IMG/VR virus record: IMGVR_UViG_3300028558_000018
Span: 1-64,000 of that record
Source: a virus
Reading direction: 5' to 3' (one strand)
DNA: 64,000 nucleotides
A program made the translations under genes and the position numbers. Of this stretch, positions 30,746-41,031 are shown piece after piece (the stretch's first letter is position 1; every line of letters starts with the position of its first letter). A model generated the notes under the pieces. That model ran no database searches, had not been told where the DNA came from, and was given only the letters and a program-made list of their open reading frames with translations.

Positions 30746-31768
30746 TTAAACTTGGACCGCTCTTACATTAATTAGTCCATTCCAGTTTGACCCCCCGCTA
30801 TAACTGATCGCGCTCTGACAAGATTCTTTAATCTCTTGATATTTTTCAGCCACCGTTAACCCATTACAAGGAATTTTTACCTCGAAACCTTCAATGTTTT
30901 TTCGTTCTCCGTCTTTTTGTTTAACTGACGAAGACCCCCAATAACGTTTATAAATAATTTTGGGGAGCGGAATTTCTGGGTTAATAGAAATGCAACCATC
31001 GTAAATATTCTCTCCCGCCGCATCAATACACGCCGCAATTAGCCCCCCACACATAATCATAGGAACGCGAGGAGTAAACCCCTCATGTTTTTGCTTTTGC
31101 AGCCCCGCCCAAGTTGCTTTGATAATATCCGCATTTTCTCTAACGCCGCCGTCAAAAATAATATCCGTGTATCGTAACGTCACCGAACAATCAAGCGCGC
31201 AACTTAGCATCGGGACGTGAAATGAAGTCATATTTTTCGTAGAACAGATTCCACCCCCGCCGATTCCCACTTTGACCCCATCGCACCCCCAAGAAATAGC
31301 GTCCATTACAGCACTTTGGGTAGCAACATTTCCGCCGATCAATTTAACCGAAGGTAGTTCGTGCTTAACAAATCTCGCCATTTCTTGTCCGTTAAACGAG
31401 TTAAAATGAGCGATATCAATTGTTATGCAGTCCACGCGACATTTAGACTCTTTGATATCGCGGATTAATTGTTTGTCTTCTTCTTGAACTCCTATGGAAA
31501 TGGACACAAAAGGCCAGCTTTCGGCTCTTGCTTTTTGTAATAATTGTTTCGTCGCGCCGTGAAAACGATGATAAATGTAAAAATAGTTGTTAAACGCGCA
31601 CCATTTTGCAATATCAAGATTAATAACGCTTTCCATGTTCGACGGCATCCAGTTTCCATCGAATTTACGCCCTAAAAATGTAATCGACGTATCGGCCTCT
31701 TTGCGAGACTTTAAAACAGAAAAATTCGGGACGAGATAAATCTGATCATAACGTAGAGCTATATCCAT
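30746..31768 (-). CDS. guaC: GMP reductase
   Basis: IMPDH/GMPR fold: SNM, ITIDIAH, GNVAT, KVGIGGGGICST, DGGVR, SAISYSG; short GuaC type lacking CBS domains. Confidence 0.85.
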   Translation of the reverse strand: MDIALRYDQIYLVPNFSVLKSRKEADTSITFLGRKFDGNWMPSNMESVINLDIAKWCAFNNYFYIYHRFHGATKQLLQKARAESWPFVSISIGVQEEDKQLIRDIKESKCRVDCITIDIAHFNSFNGQEMARFVKHELPSVKLIGGNVATQSAVMDAISWGCDGVKVGIGGGGICSTKNMTSFHVPMLSCALDCSVTLRYTDIIFDGGVRENADIIKATWAGLQKQKHEGFTPRVPMIMCGGLIAACIDAAGENIYDGCISINPEIPLPKIIYKRYWGSSSVKQKDGERKNIEGFEVKIPCNGLTVAEKYQEIKESCQSAISYSGGSNWNGLINVRAVQV

Positions 31769-31810
31769 AGAGGAAATTTAGCCCTATTGCCCCGCCAAAG
31801 TCAAGTCTTT

Positions 31811-32221
31811 TTAACTTAAAAAATTCACAAGCAACTCTCTAATTGCGGGAGTCTCTATTACTTTAATGCTTCCAAAAATAAAAATCACCAAAACTACCGC
31901 ACCCCATTTATTGAATAAATATTTTTCTCCAAATCTTTTAATTCCAATAATATCTGATAAATCCTGTTTTTGCGCCGCCCTTTCTTCATTAATCGTATTA
32001 ATATCTAAAATCGCTTGCGCAATTTTTCCATTTGTCACCGTCGCTTTTCCGTCCAAAATATCGAGTTTTGCGCTCTGTTCACCTTGGGTTGTAACTAAAT
32101 AATCACTTTTTTGTGTCAACACGCTCATATTCTCCATTATCCACTTCATCTCGGGATTTACATTCGCCAGCAAGTGCTCTGGAATATTTGAGTTGAATTG
32201 TGGAGGTTCTTTAATGGACAT
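31811..32221 (-). CDS. membrane protein with C-terminal TM helix (holin-like?)
   Basis: coiled-coil plus hydrophobic WGAVVLVIFIFG. Confidence 0.5.
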   Translation of the reverse strand: MSIKEPPQFNSNIPEHLLANVNPEMKWIMENMSVLTQKSDYLVTTQGEQSAKLDILDGKATVTNGKIAQAILDINTINEERAAQKQDLSDIIGIKRFGEKYLFNKWGAVVLVIFIFGSIKVIETPAIRELLVNFLS

Positions 32222-32253
32222 AAAAATAGAATAAAATTAATTAAACGAGAAAA

Positions 32254-32649
32254 TTATACTAATGTTAACAAATACTTTAATTGATTTAATTTACCTAACA
32301 TTTCGTCACGAATATTTAGCAAATCGGTATCTTTTGAGGCTAAATTCGAGGGCAATTTCTCGGTTAAAAAATAAATACACTTATCAGTGTAAGTTAGGGC
32401 ATTTTCCTTGGTAAGATTATCCACTTCAATCTTAAACCCACCGAGGGCTATCACTCTTCCATACTTTCCCATATAAGTTTCAACAAAATCATCAACTAAT
32501 CCATTTAAATCACCGAAGATACTGTCAAAGGCTTTATGCTGGCTATAAGAGGTGGTTTGCCAGTGGAAAATCTTATATTGGTTAACCATTGATAACAAAT
32601 AAGTTACCAATTCTATATTGGAGATTTTGACTAAATTTACAGGGGGCAT
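32254..32649 (-). CDS. ferritin/Dps-like four-helix protein (DUF5856-like)
   Basis: HWQTTSYSQHKAFD...VETYMGKYGR...DLLNIRDEML..LNQLKYLLTL. Confidence 0.75.
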   Translation of the reverse strand: MPPVNLVKISNIELVTYLLSMVNQYKIFHWQTTSYSQHKAFDSIFGDLNGLVDDFVETYMGKYGRVIALGGFKIEVDNLTKENALTYTDKCIYFLTEKLPSNLASKDTDLLNIRDEMLGKLNQLKYLLTLV

Positions 32650-32673
32650 AATGTAATGAGTTGTAAAGAGTTA

Positions 32674-32700
32674 TTACCCAAAATTCGCCCAAAACTGAAA
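32674..32700 (-). promoter_or_regulatory. putative phage-sigma promoter TTTCAG-N15-GGGTAA
   Basis: recurrent motif. Confidence 0.55.
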
Positions 32701-32835
32701 TATAATTATTTGCGGTTGTCCAATATTGATTTTACTGCTAACCGTGCGATAAAATGCATGAATTCTCTGTCTGAAAAGAACAAATGACGATTACCAAAAT
32801 CGTCGTAATATGCATAAGGATCGCTTGGGCCAAAT

Positions 32836-33315
32836 TTAGACATGACAAGCAACCTTTTGCGGCGAAGATTCTAATTTTAGCACGTAAGAAAAGATGATGC
32901 TGAATATTAGAGTTCCTAATATGGACTTGGCTAAAAATAAATAACTCGGCGGATAATTCAAATTACCAGTGAAATTACATTCTATCCAAGAATTAAATGT
33001 TTTCGCGTAATAAGGAGAGGTGAAAAAACTAACAGTATTTGCTATTAAATATTGAATAAACGCGCCGCCGATTAACCAATTTAGCTGTTTTGGAATCGCA
33101 TAAAATAATAACCCTGCACAAGATGGTAATAAGCAATATGGAGTTAAGTGCTTAAAGGATAAAGCCATATCACAGAGCAAACTCCCAAGAAAAATAATAT
33201 TAATATTCCGAATATTTGAAACGAAAAATAGCGCAAATAATGGCGTGATTCCAAGTAATGCGCTGGGGCAGAGTAATCGGTAGAGAATCGTGAAGGCTAG
33301 AAGTAAATAAATCAT
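32836..33315 (-). CDS. DUF6580-like putative membrane transport (ECF S-component-like) protein
   Basis: multi-TM; YRLL..ITPLFAL, LLCD, YLIANT..YAKT..W..C..G..YPP..F. Confidence 0.6.
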   Translation of the reverse strand: MIYLLLAFTILYRLLCPSALLGITPLFALFFVSNIRNINIIFLGSLLCDMALSFKHLTPYCLLPSCAGLLFYAIPKQLNWLIGGAFIQYLIANTVSFFTSPYYAKTFNSWIECNFTGNLNYPPSYLFLAKSILGTLIFSIIFSYVLKLESSPQKVACHV

Positions 33316-33469
33316 GGGAAAAGTTCTTTAATATAAGGAATACATAATTTACATTTTGTCGCGCAAATGTTCAGTTCTTGAAGTTTCTCTATAGTAATAT
33401 TCTCGCCGAGGGGTTGGACCTTGGAGAGAATTTCTTTAAAAGAAATATCATGGCAAATACAATCCATTG

Positions 33470-34504
33470 TTAATAAATATTAAGATATAAATTTTCGTAA
33501 TTGGTATGATCGAAAAATTCATCATCGGCTATATACCAAGATTTAACAAATGCGTGTTTCAACGCCAAACTTTTATCGGGAGGCATTGGTTCTTTGTTAA
33601 ACTTCTTCCCGTTCATTTCGAGCCAATCGCTTTCCCACATCTCTACTACCTTAAATCCCTCCCCTTCTAAAAACTTTTTTCTTTCTTTAGTCGCTTTAAA
33701 TAAATCCCCGAATCTCTTGCCGCTTACTCCGTTTTTATCTCTTCCGTAATAATATTTAGGATTTCCATGAAAAAAGTCTCCATGAAATTCATAAACCGTG
33801 TCAGTCCATCTATCATAGCCATCAAAAATATATCTCTTTCCATTTAAAATAAATCTTTTTTGCTTCTCTAAACATGGAAGACCAAGAGAGTCTAGCCATT
33901 CATTTTCTATTTTAGACGAATTTGAATGACATTTTGGGCAACCGCCGCCAGTTAGATGAAAATGCGGACTTTGTTCGAAATCTCCGTGTTTTTGGCAAGT
34001 TATTGTTACTTTTTTATCGTTTCCGCTATATTCGACTTTATCGTAAATATATCTATTTTTATGAACATTATTCGCTTTTTCGTTAAATTCAACCGTGGTC
34101 ATCTTTTGATTACCTACGCATCGGGGGCAATTTGCCCCTTTTTGGTGTTCTTTTATAACTTGGGTAAATTCACCATGTTTTTCGCAAACAATTTTTAATT
34201 TTTGGCGATTATTTTTATATTGAAAATCGGGATATTGATATTTAATTTCATGAACCTCATCAAACAACTTAAGCATTTCTTCGTTAGTTCTCATTTTTCT
34301 TCCCGCGCAAGCAGGGCAACCTTGCTTCGTATTCACATGATTACTTATACATTGATTAAAAACTCCGTGTTCTTGGCAAATTATATCAATTCTATCATCT
34401 TTAGAAAAAATATCGCTGACTAAAGAATAATCATATTTATCTTTATGAATTTCCTTAGCTCTGGCGATATATTGCTTTGCTTTTTCGTTCATTTGATTTC
34501 GCAC
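33470..34504 (-). CDS. DUF723-repeat zinc-ribbon protein with PD-(D/E)XK endonuclease domain (homing-endonuclease-like)
   Basis: three HxxKYxY..IIC.EHG.F.Q..H..GCP.C repeats; DGY, VYEFHGDFFHG, MWESDW. Confidence 0.75.
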   Translation of the reverse strand: MRNQMNEKAKQYIARAKEIHKDKYDYSLVSDIFSKDDRIDIICQEHGVFNQCISNHVNTKQGCPACAGRKMRTNEEMLKLFDEVHEIKYQYPDFQYKNNRQKLKIVCEKHGEFTQVIKEHQKGANCPRCVGNQKMTTVEFNEKANNVHKNRYIYDKVEYSGNDKKVTITCQKHGDFEQSPHFHLTGGGCPKCHSNSSKIENEWLDSLGLPCLEKQKRFILNGKRYIFDGYDRWTDTVYEFHGDFFHGNPKYYYGRDKNGVSGKRFGDLFKATKERKKFLEGEGFKVVEMWESDWLEMNGKKFNKEPMPPDKSLALKHAFVKSWYIADDEFFDHTNYENLYLNIY

Positions 34505-36840
34505 GATCCGCCGCTACATGCCTGCGCGCCAAGAGTATCCGCCCCAACATATTCTTCCGTTTCTTCTACCGCCTTAGACCAATCCACCTCTTTATAAGTC
34601 CGCTTCAGATTCAACCAAGTATGCCAAAGACTAAGGTGCTTCAAACAGTGGGTAGTTTTAACTAAATTACCATTAAAATAACGCTCGGAAAACTGTTTCA
34701 TACGACGAATCCAATCTAACTTAAGTTCATTTCGTTTAAATTCTCCTAATTCATTATAATAAATACTCAATTCAATAGCATAATCTGCTAACGCAGAGGA
34801 AAATGCTTTTTCATTCTTAGAATTCTTTCTAACTGGTTTTAGGGGAACTTTGGGTTCCTCCAAAGTGTTAACTCTTAAATGCCCCAGAGAAGCGGAACAC
34901 GCATCCCAAAGATTATTATCAAACGCCGCAAGACCATCCACGACAAGTCCAGAACCGAGGATAGAACCATCACCATATTCTTTCACAAGTTCTTCTGGCG
35001 CAAGAACTCCGCAAAATGGGGCTTGATTATAGTCAAGATCGCCGCTACCATTAATTAACGAAATTCCAGCGAAATTCTGTTGATTATCAAATATATATTT
35101 TTCTACATCTAACCATTCTTGTTCATTTTTGACTACGACGGTGACGCTAACATTGTGCCTCATTGTAGGATCGGTTCCAAGTTCGGGCCGAGTTCCATAT
35201 TCCACCCAATTGTTTTGAGTAGTTTTTACTTGCTCAAGAAACTCAATAGCGGATAATTCATTTTTTAATTTCGCTCCTTTGGGGACTTCGCAAAGAAAGG
35301 AAATTGAATAATCAGTATCATTTGCCGACCAAACAGATTTTTCTACGGCGTCTGGGTTATGTTCAACAAAATATTTAAGGGGAAATTCATTACGATTCGC
35401 TTGGGCGCGACGAATATACCTTTTAGAATGATGGAGATGAATACCGGAAGATGTTTTCAATACGCAACTTGTGCTTCCCGCTGGCTTGATACAGGTGGCG
35501 CGGGCAGTTTTATTTACTCCAATAATTTTAGCAATTTTTTCGTTGATTTCAAGAACTAATTTAGCTCCCTTCCGCTGAATTTCAGCGTTCAATAAAATAT
35601 CAGGATTATCCATTACTCCAGTAATTGAGCACCCAAGTAAAGCTTCTTTATCGCAAATTTGTTTAGAAATTTTAGTGAGATATTTAAAATTTGTATAACC
35701 CGCTTGTATTGTCCCAATAATGGCAGATGCACGGCAACATTCTAAGAACTTATCTTCAGAATCACAATACTTACCGTTAATTTCTGTTAAATTACAGACT
35801 TGAACTCCCGTTTCTCCATTTAAAGCAGGAATCATGCCAATTTCACAACATGGATTATAAATAATATCTAAATTTTCTAACCAAACAAAGCCGGGTTCAC
35901 CAAATTTGCGGGTTGACTCCATCAAAGAAGAGAATTGTTCTTTTGTTGTTTTACCTTTTAGTAAAGCTGCTGAATTATTTGATCGTGCGCGTTGAGGATT
36001 TGTAATATACCAATCCCCAATTTTAGCATTAGCCATCTCTTCGTCATCAACAGAAAATAACGTTAAGGTCGCCGAACGACGAATTCCTCCCGATAAGACT
36101 CCATCGCTAGCATAACAAACTATATCATAAGCATTTATGGGTTTTAGTTTATTCGTAAATTCTCCCTCACAAAAACCCGCTGAATTAATTCTATCTACCA
36201 ACACTTTTCGAATTTTTTCAAGAGAATTAGCTAAACCCACATGGCCGGGAGCTTTAAATTGGCCCGCAATAAGCGAACCTTCGGGGCGTATTTCGCTATA
36301 ATCAAATTCTACATCATAACCAATATAATCTTTAAATTCATGATCGGAATTAAAAAATGAACAAGTAATTACTCCTATAGCATCACTCCATCCTTCGATA
36401 TCATCAGAAATTTTAAATGTTTTTTTGCCTTTTGTCGGCGAAATTAATTCTGGGAGTTTCTTAACGTGTTGTTTTTGGACGCTAAATCCCATTCCCGTGC
36501 CACAAAGAAGAGTATACATAACCTCTTGGAAGACTCGCGGACGATCAATATGCGTCGTGGCACAATTAAACATTTTAAGTTCATGCTTCTCTATCCATTT
36601 CCCACCGAATTGGAGTGCGCGTTGCGAGCCTAATACACGTTTTTTTTTCACCATTTGTTTGGCAAAATCAAAATCCTTTTTAAATTCTTCGTTTTCGGAT
36701 AATTGTTTACTAAATTTACGCTCATGCATCCCGAATACTCTATCGGTAATTTCCTCCCATGTTTCGCGCCGTTTCTTCTCTGGAAGATAATGGCTATATT
36801 TAGAATAGACTACATAATCAGATAATGCTTGTAAACTCAT
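34489..36840 (-). CDS. nrdJ: class II (adenosylcobalamin-dependent) ribonucleotide reductase, RTPR type
   Basis: RRETWEE, FNC, GGIRRSA, NPCCEI, CNLTEIN, TCIKPAGSTS, C-terminal CSGGSC; no beta subunit nearby; start likely 36840. Confidence 0.85.
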   Translation of the reverse strand: MSLQALSDYVVYSKYSHYLPEKKRRETWEEITDRVFGMHERKFSKQLSENEEFKKDFDFAKQMVKKKRVLGSQRALQFGGKWIEKHELKMFNCATTHIDRPRVFQEVMYTLLCGTGMGFSVQKQHVKKLPELISPTKGKKTFKISDDIEGWSDAIGVITCSFFNSDHEFKDYIGYDVEFDYSEIRPEGSLIAGQFKAPGHVGLANSLEKIRKVLVDRINSAGFCEGEFTNKLKPINAYDIVCYASDGVLSGGIRRSATLTLFSVDDEEMANAKIGDWYITNPQRARSNNSAALLKGKTTKEQFSSLMESTRKFGEPGFVWLENLDIIYNPCCEIGMIPALNGETGVQVCNLTEINGKYCDSEDKFLECCRASAIIGTIQAGYTNFKYLTKISKQICDKEALLGCSITGVMDNPDILLNAEIQRKGAKLVLEINEKIAKIIGVNKTARATCIKPAGSTSCVLKTSSGIHLHHSKRYIRRAQANRNEFPLKYFVEHNPDAVEKSVWSANDTDYSISFLCEVPKGAKLKNELSAIEFLEQVKTTQNNWVEYGTRPELGTDPTMRHNVSVTVVVKNEQEWLDVEKYIFDNQQNFAGISLINGSGDLDYNQAPFCGVLAPEELVKEYGDGSILGSGLVVDGLAAFDNNLWDACSASLGHLRVNTLEEPKVPLKPVRKNSKNEKAFSSALADYAIELSIYYNELGEFKRNELKLDWIRRMKQFSERYFNGNLVKTTHCLKHLSLWHTWLNLKRTYKEVDWSKAVEETEEYVGADTLGAQACSGGSCEIK

Positions 36841-37172
36841 AATAAAAATTTTTCTCTCCTTATTTCCCCTCTTCACCCAAACTCTCTTCCAACATCTTCA
36901 CAATAAACTCTTTAACCTCGCCCAAATCAATAGTTTTCCTCCCAGTTTGTTCAAAATAATACTCCTCAAACTTTTTATCAAATTCAAATTGATAATCTGC
37001 TGTGCCGTCGCTATATTCCTTAGTTTGTTTGAGATTGAGCATCTTGAGTGGAGTTATTATTACGGTAAAATTTGGTCCTTGGAAAATTAAAATGCTAAAA
37101 GATTTTAGTCTTTCAATTTATAATAAAAAGCGTGTAGGTTGTGCGCTTTTGGTCAAGTAAAAACACTAATAG

Positions 37173-37949
37173 CTACTCTTTAATTAACTCTGGAATTGGC
37201 TTCCCAAATCTTGCGAAATATTGAGGATTAAACACTAATTTGTTATTAGTTTCATCCCATTTATAACTACATAGACTCCCTCCCCATCTGCCCCGCTGAT
37301 ATTCCACCTTGCTTTTGGTTTTTTCGCAAGAAATCCAAGTTTTATGGACTATCCAACTTATATTAGGAGGAATAATCTTACTAGGAAAACTCTCGAAATC
37401 TTTAATATCCCGCGTAATAATCCCATGATAAACCACTTCATTATCGTGGCGAAAATTATTCAACCTATAGCCGTTATATTGAACTCTAAAGGCACGGGGC
37501 GGTTGAAAGGGAAGTTTTAGATAGGTAGAAGAATCGAACAAATAATTCTTATAGCTAAATTTATACCATGCTGAAAATTTATCTTCTTCAATGAACTTTG
37601 TAATATTTTGTAAGTCGTTGATTTGGAACAATTCATCGCCGTCGATTAAAAAAATCAATTCACATTTGTCATCCAATAATTTTCTTAAAGCTAATGTTCT
37701 TGCTTCGGCTTCACTAATATATTGCGGTTCGCGAATTAAATAATCTAAATTTTGAGTAGCTAAATAATCCCCCGTAGAATCATCAACATTATATTTCGTC
37801 TCTTTATATTCTTTGAAACAAACATTGATTCCAGCTATTACCCATTCGTGGCCGGAAAGTTTTTGTTCTCGGGCGAGAATTAATGGGCGAATAGAATCTT
37901 TAACGTATTCTTCGCAGTTGAATGCACAATAAATAATTCCGATTCTCAT
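37173..37949 (-). CDS. glycosyltransferase family 2-like
   Basis: IIYCAFNCEEY, EAEARTLAL, IDGDE. Confidence 0.7.
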   Translation of the reverse strand: MRIGIIYCAFNCEEYVKDSIRPLILAREQKLSGHEWVIAGINVCFKEYKETKYNVDDSTGDYLATQNLDYLIREPQYISEAEARTLALRKLLDDKCELIFLIDGDELFQINDLQNITKFIEEDKFSAWYKFSYKNYLFDSSTYLKLPFQPPRAFRVQYNGYRLNNFRHDNEVVYHGIITRDIKDFESFPSKIIPPNISWIVHKTWISCEKTKSKVEYQRGRWGGSLCSYKWDETNNKLVFNPQYFARFGKPIPELIKE

Positions 37950-38320
37950 ACTGGATATTCCTTTGTTTGATTTTCTTTATTTTTAGCGAATAACCCATGA
38001 TTCTTAATCATCGACTTTAACATAGTTTGTATTTCTGGATGAAATGGATTCATAAATCTATCTTCTCCAACGTCATAACAAAATAATTTTCTTCCACCGC
38101 TAGGTTTATTATGAAATTTTTCTGGCACATATTGAGCGAAATCTTTTGTCATCACAACAATATAATCTGCCCAACCATAAAGCATCTCACGAGTTTCTTG
38201 AGAATTAGATTCCCACCCACATGCAATAACATCATGTCGTTCCTCGCAATTATAATGCAAAAGATATTTTAATGCGACACTTCTTACGTGCCCGCCACGA
38301 CAAAGGGTTAAAATTTTCAT
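37946..38320 (-). CDS. low-molecular-weight phosphatase-like protein
   Basis: N-terminal C-X5-R-S loop (CRGGHVRS), WADYIVVM. Confidence 0.7.
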   Translation of the reverse strand: MKILTLCRGGHVRSVALKYLLHYNCEERHDVIACGWESNSQETREMLYGWADYIVVMTKDFAQYVPEKFHNKPSGGRKLFCYDVGEDRFMNPFHPEIQTMLKSMIKNHGLFAKNKENQTKEYPV

Positions 38321-38531
38321 AATTTATTTGACTTTAACCAATTTAATTTTTCCAATTTTCGTCTCGGTTAGTAACTCAGTTTCACCCTCGTTAAATTTAA
38401 AATTTCCATCTTTATCTACGACATAATAGGTATATTCTCCGGTTTCATCATTAGCCTCTAAACAGAAACTTATTTTATCTCCTGTAGATAAGTCTATAAC
38501 GTTATATTTGTAATCATCTATATCACCTACT

Positions 38532-39380
38532 TTAATATGCATAAATCTCCTTGATTAAACTCTCAATAGTCGGCACTCCATCATAGCCCGCGCCGCGCCA
38601 AAATTGTTCATTAGAAGACTTAAATACCGTAGAAATAGTTGAATCTTCCAGTCCTACAATTTTCCGTTTGACATTAATATTTTTGCCGCTATAAAGTTTC
38701 GCCAATGAAAGCAAATGCCCCTTGGAAATATCATCAGCGGGCACAATATGGAAAATATTGCTTAATTGAACTAATTTATCAAATTCGCCTTTGAGAATAA
38801 TCCCGCAAATAATTTTACTCAGCGCAATATTTGTAACCACATTACAAAAATGAGTGCAATATCCCGTGGCTTCTTCGTTTTGCTCACTAAACCATTTTAA
38901 CAATCCCCCATTACGCCCGACGAATGAACAGCGTAAATTGATAACATTTGGAGTGAGAACCTCACCTAACGATTTAGTTTGCCCATAAATAGAACTTGCA
39001 TTTTTTTCGTTAAACTCTCCTTTTGGTAACTCACTAAAATTCTTCGTAGCGAAAACTCCATTCGTAGAAATATGAATTATTTTGGCATTTTTACAATTCC
39101 GCGCTAATTGAATGGGAAAGAGCGAGTTTACCAATAGGCTATTTTCTGGATTATCTTCACCTTTAACGACAATTGTGTTAATAATATAATCATAATCTTT
39201 AGCGAAAAATGGCGCGTCCTTCGTTGCGTCAAAATTATAACAGGCGTAAGTTCCGTTAATATTGTCATCACATTGGCGGCGTGCAACCCCTAGTTGAATA
39301 TTCGGGGCGGAAGATAATAATTTGATTAATTCCGCGCCCAATAGTCCGTTACCGAAAACTAATACTTTTATTTTACTCAT
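38532..39380 (-). CDS. RmlD-like NDP-4-keto-6-deoxysugar reductase
   Basis: GNGLLG, IIHISTNGVF, YGQTKSLGE. Confidence 0.8.
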   Translation of the reverse strand: MSKIKVLVFGNGLLGAELIKLLSSAPNIQLGVARRQCDDNINGTYACYNFDATKDAPFFAKDYDYIINTIVVKGEDNPENSLLVNSLFPIQLARNCKNAKIIHISTNGVFATKNFSELPKGEFNEKNASSIYGQTKSLGEVLTPNVINLRCSFVGRNGGLLKWFSEQNEEATGYCTHFCNVVTNIALSKIICGIILKGEFDKLVQLSNIFHIVPADDISKGHLLSLAKLYSGKNINVKRKIVGLEDSTISTVFKSSNEQFWRGAGYDGVPTIESLIKEIYAY

Positions 39381-39835
39381 TTTAATAAATTTGGATTTTC
39401 GTAAATATTTCCAATAATCTCTATCGCGTTTGATTTCGGGCGACTTAATTGCACCGTATCATACCCTTCTTTGTATAAATCTAAATTGTAAGTTATGGTA
39501 TTTTGATAAGATGATTTTTCTATCATTCCATAGTGAGACATTTTTTGATTGAAATAAACATAGTATATTTTTCCCTTTCTTGTCTTCGCCCCGCTATCTT
39601 TTGTCGCTAAAACTATATCACCCTCATAAATATCTTTTCCGTGTTTATCTTTCAAACTGGTGGATTGCATAATTGGCGTATTATCTCCATAGATTGTATT
39701 AGCATCACTCATGCACGCCGAATCATTTTTATTCATCCCGTCGCAATAAAAAGAACCAAGATAACCCGCCATTATCTTATATTCCATTTGATATCCTGTC
39801 CATGCGCGGAATTTAATAGGTCTATTCATAATCAA
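39377..39835 (-). CDS. YopX family protein (copy 4)
   Basis: IKFRAW...LKDKHGKDIYEGDIV...EIIGNIYENPNLL. Confidence 0.85.
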   Translation of the reverse strand: MIMNRPIKFRAWTGYQMEYKIMAGYLGSFYCDGMNKNDSACMSDANTIYGDNTPIMQSTSLKDKHGKDIYEGDIVLATKDSGAKTRKGKIYYVYFNQKMSHYGMIEKSSYQNTITYNLDLYKEGYDTVQLSRPKSNAIEIIGNIYENPNLLK

Positions 39836-41031
39836 AACGGTTTAATAAAATTTAATCCTTTTAGATGCTTATTCTTTTCTTTAATCCCCTTTATGTAATT
39901 CCACGCAGTAACAATTACATCTTTATTCTCCTCGCTCTCCAAAATTTCCTTGCCGACAATCGGAATTCCAACTTGAGGAATAAATTTCCCCTGACGTAGC
40001 GGAGATTCATCTACCACGTAGCTAAATCTAATATCACTCATATTGTTAAACCAAGTATTGGCCCTTCCGCTTGCTCCATAGGCGATATTATTTGGATTTT
40101 TCAACATTTTTTGCGCCACGGGATTTGCATAACGTGCTTTATAATGAACGTTGAAATATTTGAATTTTAGTTTATCAAATTCAATATCTTTAGTGTTGTC
40201 GTAAATGAATTTCTTTTTAGAAAAAAACACCCTTAGACTACCTCCGTGATTCTTAATTTTTAGATTAAAAATCGGGAAAAGCCCTACTAAAGAACAGACC
40301 TTCACAAGCGAATGCAGCGAATAATTAATTTTATGCTCATGATAAATAAAATCCCATGCTTTATCGTCAAAAATCGCGTCCAAATCGCCTACTTCGACAC
40401 AAAATAGACCATTTGGTTTCAACGCGGCGAAAATTCCTTCAAAAACAGGCTTTAAATCGCTAATATGAGCGAGGCAATTCGCCGCGAAAAGATGGTCAAC
40501 AGTGGATTCCAAGTTATTTTGCTTAACAAAATCAAGATTAAATCCCTCGTTAAACAATTTAACATGGCTGAATTTGGGATTTTTACTGGCGCGTTTTGCC
40601 ACATCAGAGGGGTCAACTGCGATAATATTCCAATTTTTGGGCAAATGTTGAATTAGTGGAAACGAATTCGCTCCAATTTCTAAGAACGTAAACCCATCTT
40701 TATCTCCATTTGCTTGAATTAATCTATCTGCGTATTCCTTAAAATGAGCAACTAAAGCGGGAATTGAACTTGAATCATAATTATACTTCTTAAAAAGAAC
40801 TTCATCGGAAATATTCTCTCTAACTTGCACCGCGCCGCAATTTTGACATTGAACCAAAGTGAGGGGAAACAGCTCTGCGTTTTTGGCCTCCTCTAAAGAC
40901 TCCGCGAAGTGTCCGGCAAGGGGCACGGGTTTTTCAAACTCAAAAACCGGAATGAGGCTTTCGCCGTGGCAGCAACGACATTGAGTAATATCTGTATAAT
41001 TTTTGCTAATAGGCATAATTAACGAAACCAA
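39832..41031 (-). CDS. NDP-sugar C3-methyltransferase (NovU/TcaB9-like)
   Basis: CRCC/CQNC zinc site, LEIGAN, NCLAH, YHEH, HGGSLR, AYGASGR, VTAWNY. Confidence 0.85.
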   Translation of the reverse strand: MVSLIMPISKNYTDITQCRCCHGESLIPVFEFEKPVPLAGHFAESLEEAKNAELFPLTLVQCQNCGAVQVRENISDEVLFKKYNYDSSSIPALVAHFKEYADRLIQANGDKDGFTFLEIGANSFPLIQHLPKNWNIIAVDPSDVAKRASKNPKFSHVKLFNEGFNLDFVKQNNLESTVDHLFAANCLAHISDLKPVFEGIFAALKPNGLFCVEVGDLDAIFDDKAWDFIYHEHKINYSLHSLVKVCSLVGLFPIFNLKIKNHGGSLRVFFSKKKFIYDNTKDIEFDKLKFKYFNVHYKARYANPVAQKMLKNPNNIAYGASGRANTWFNNMSDIRFSYVVDESPLRQGKFIPQVGIPIVGKEILESEENKDVIVTAWNYIKGIKEKNKHLKGLNFIKPF

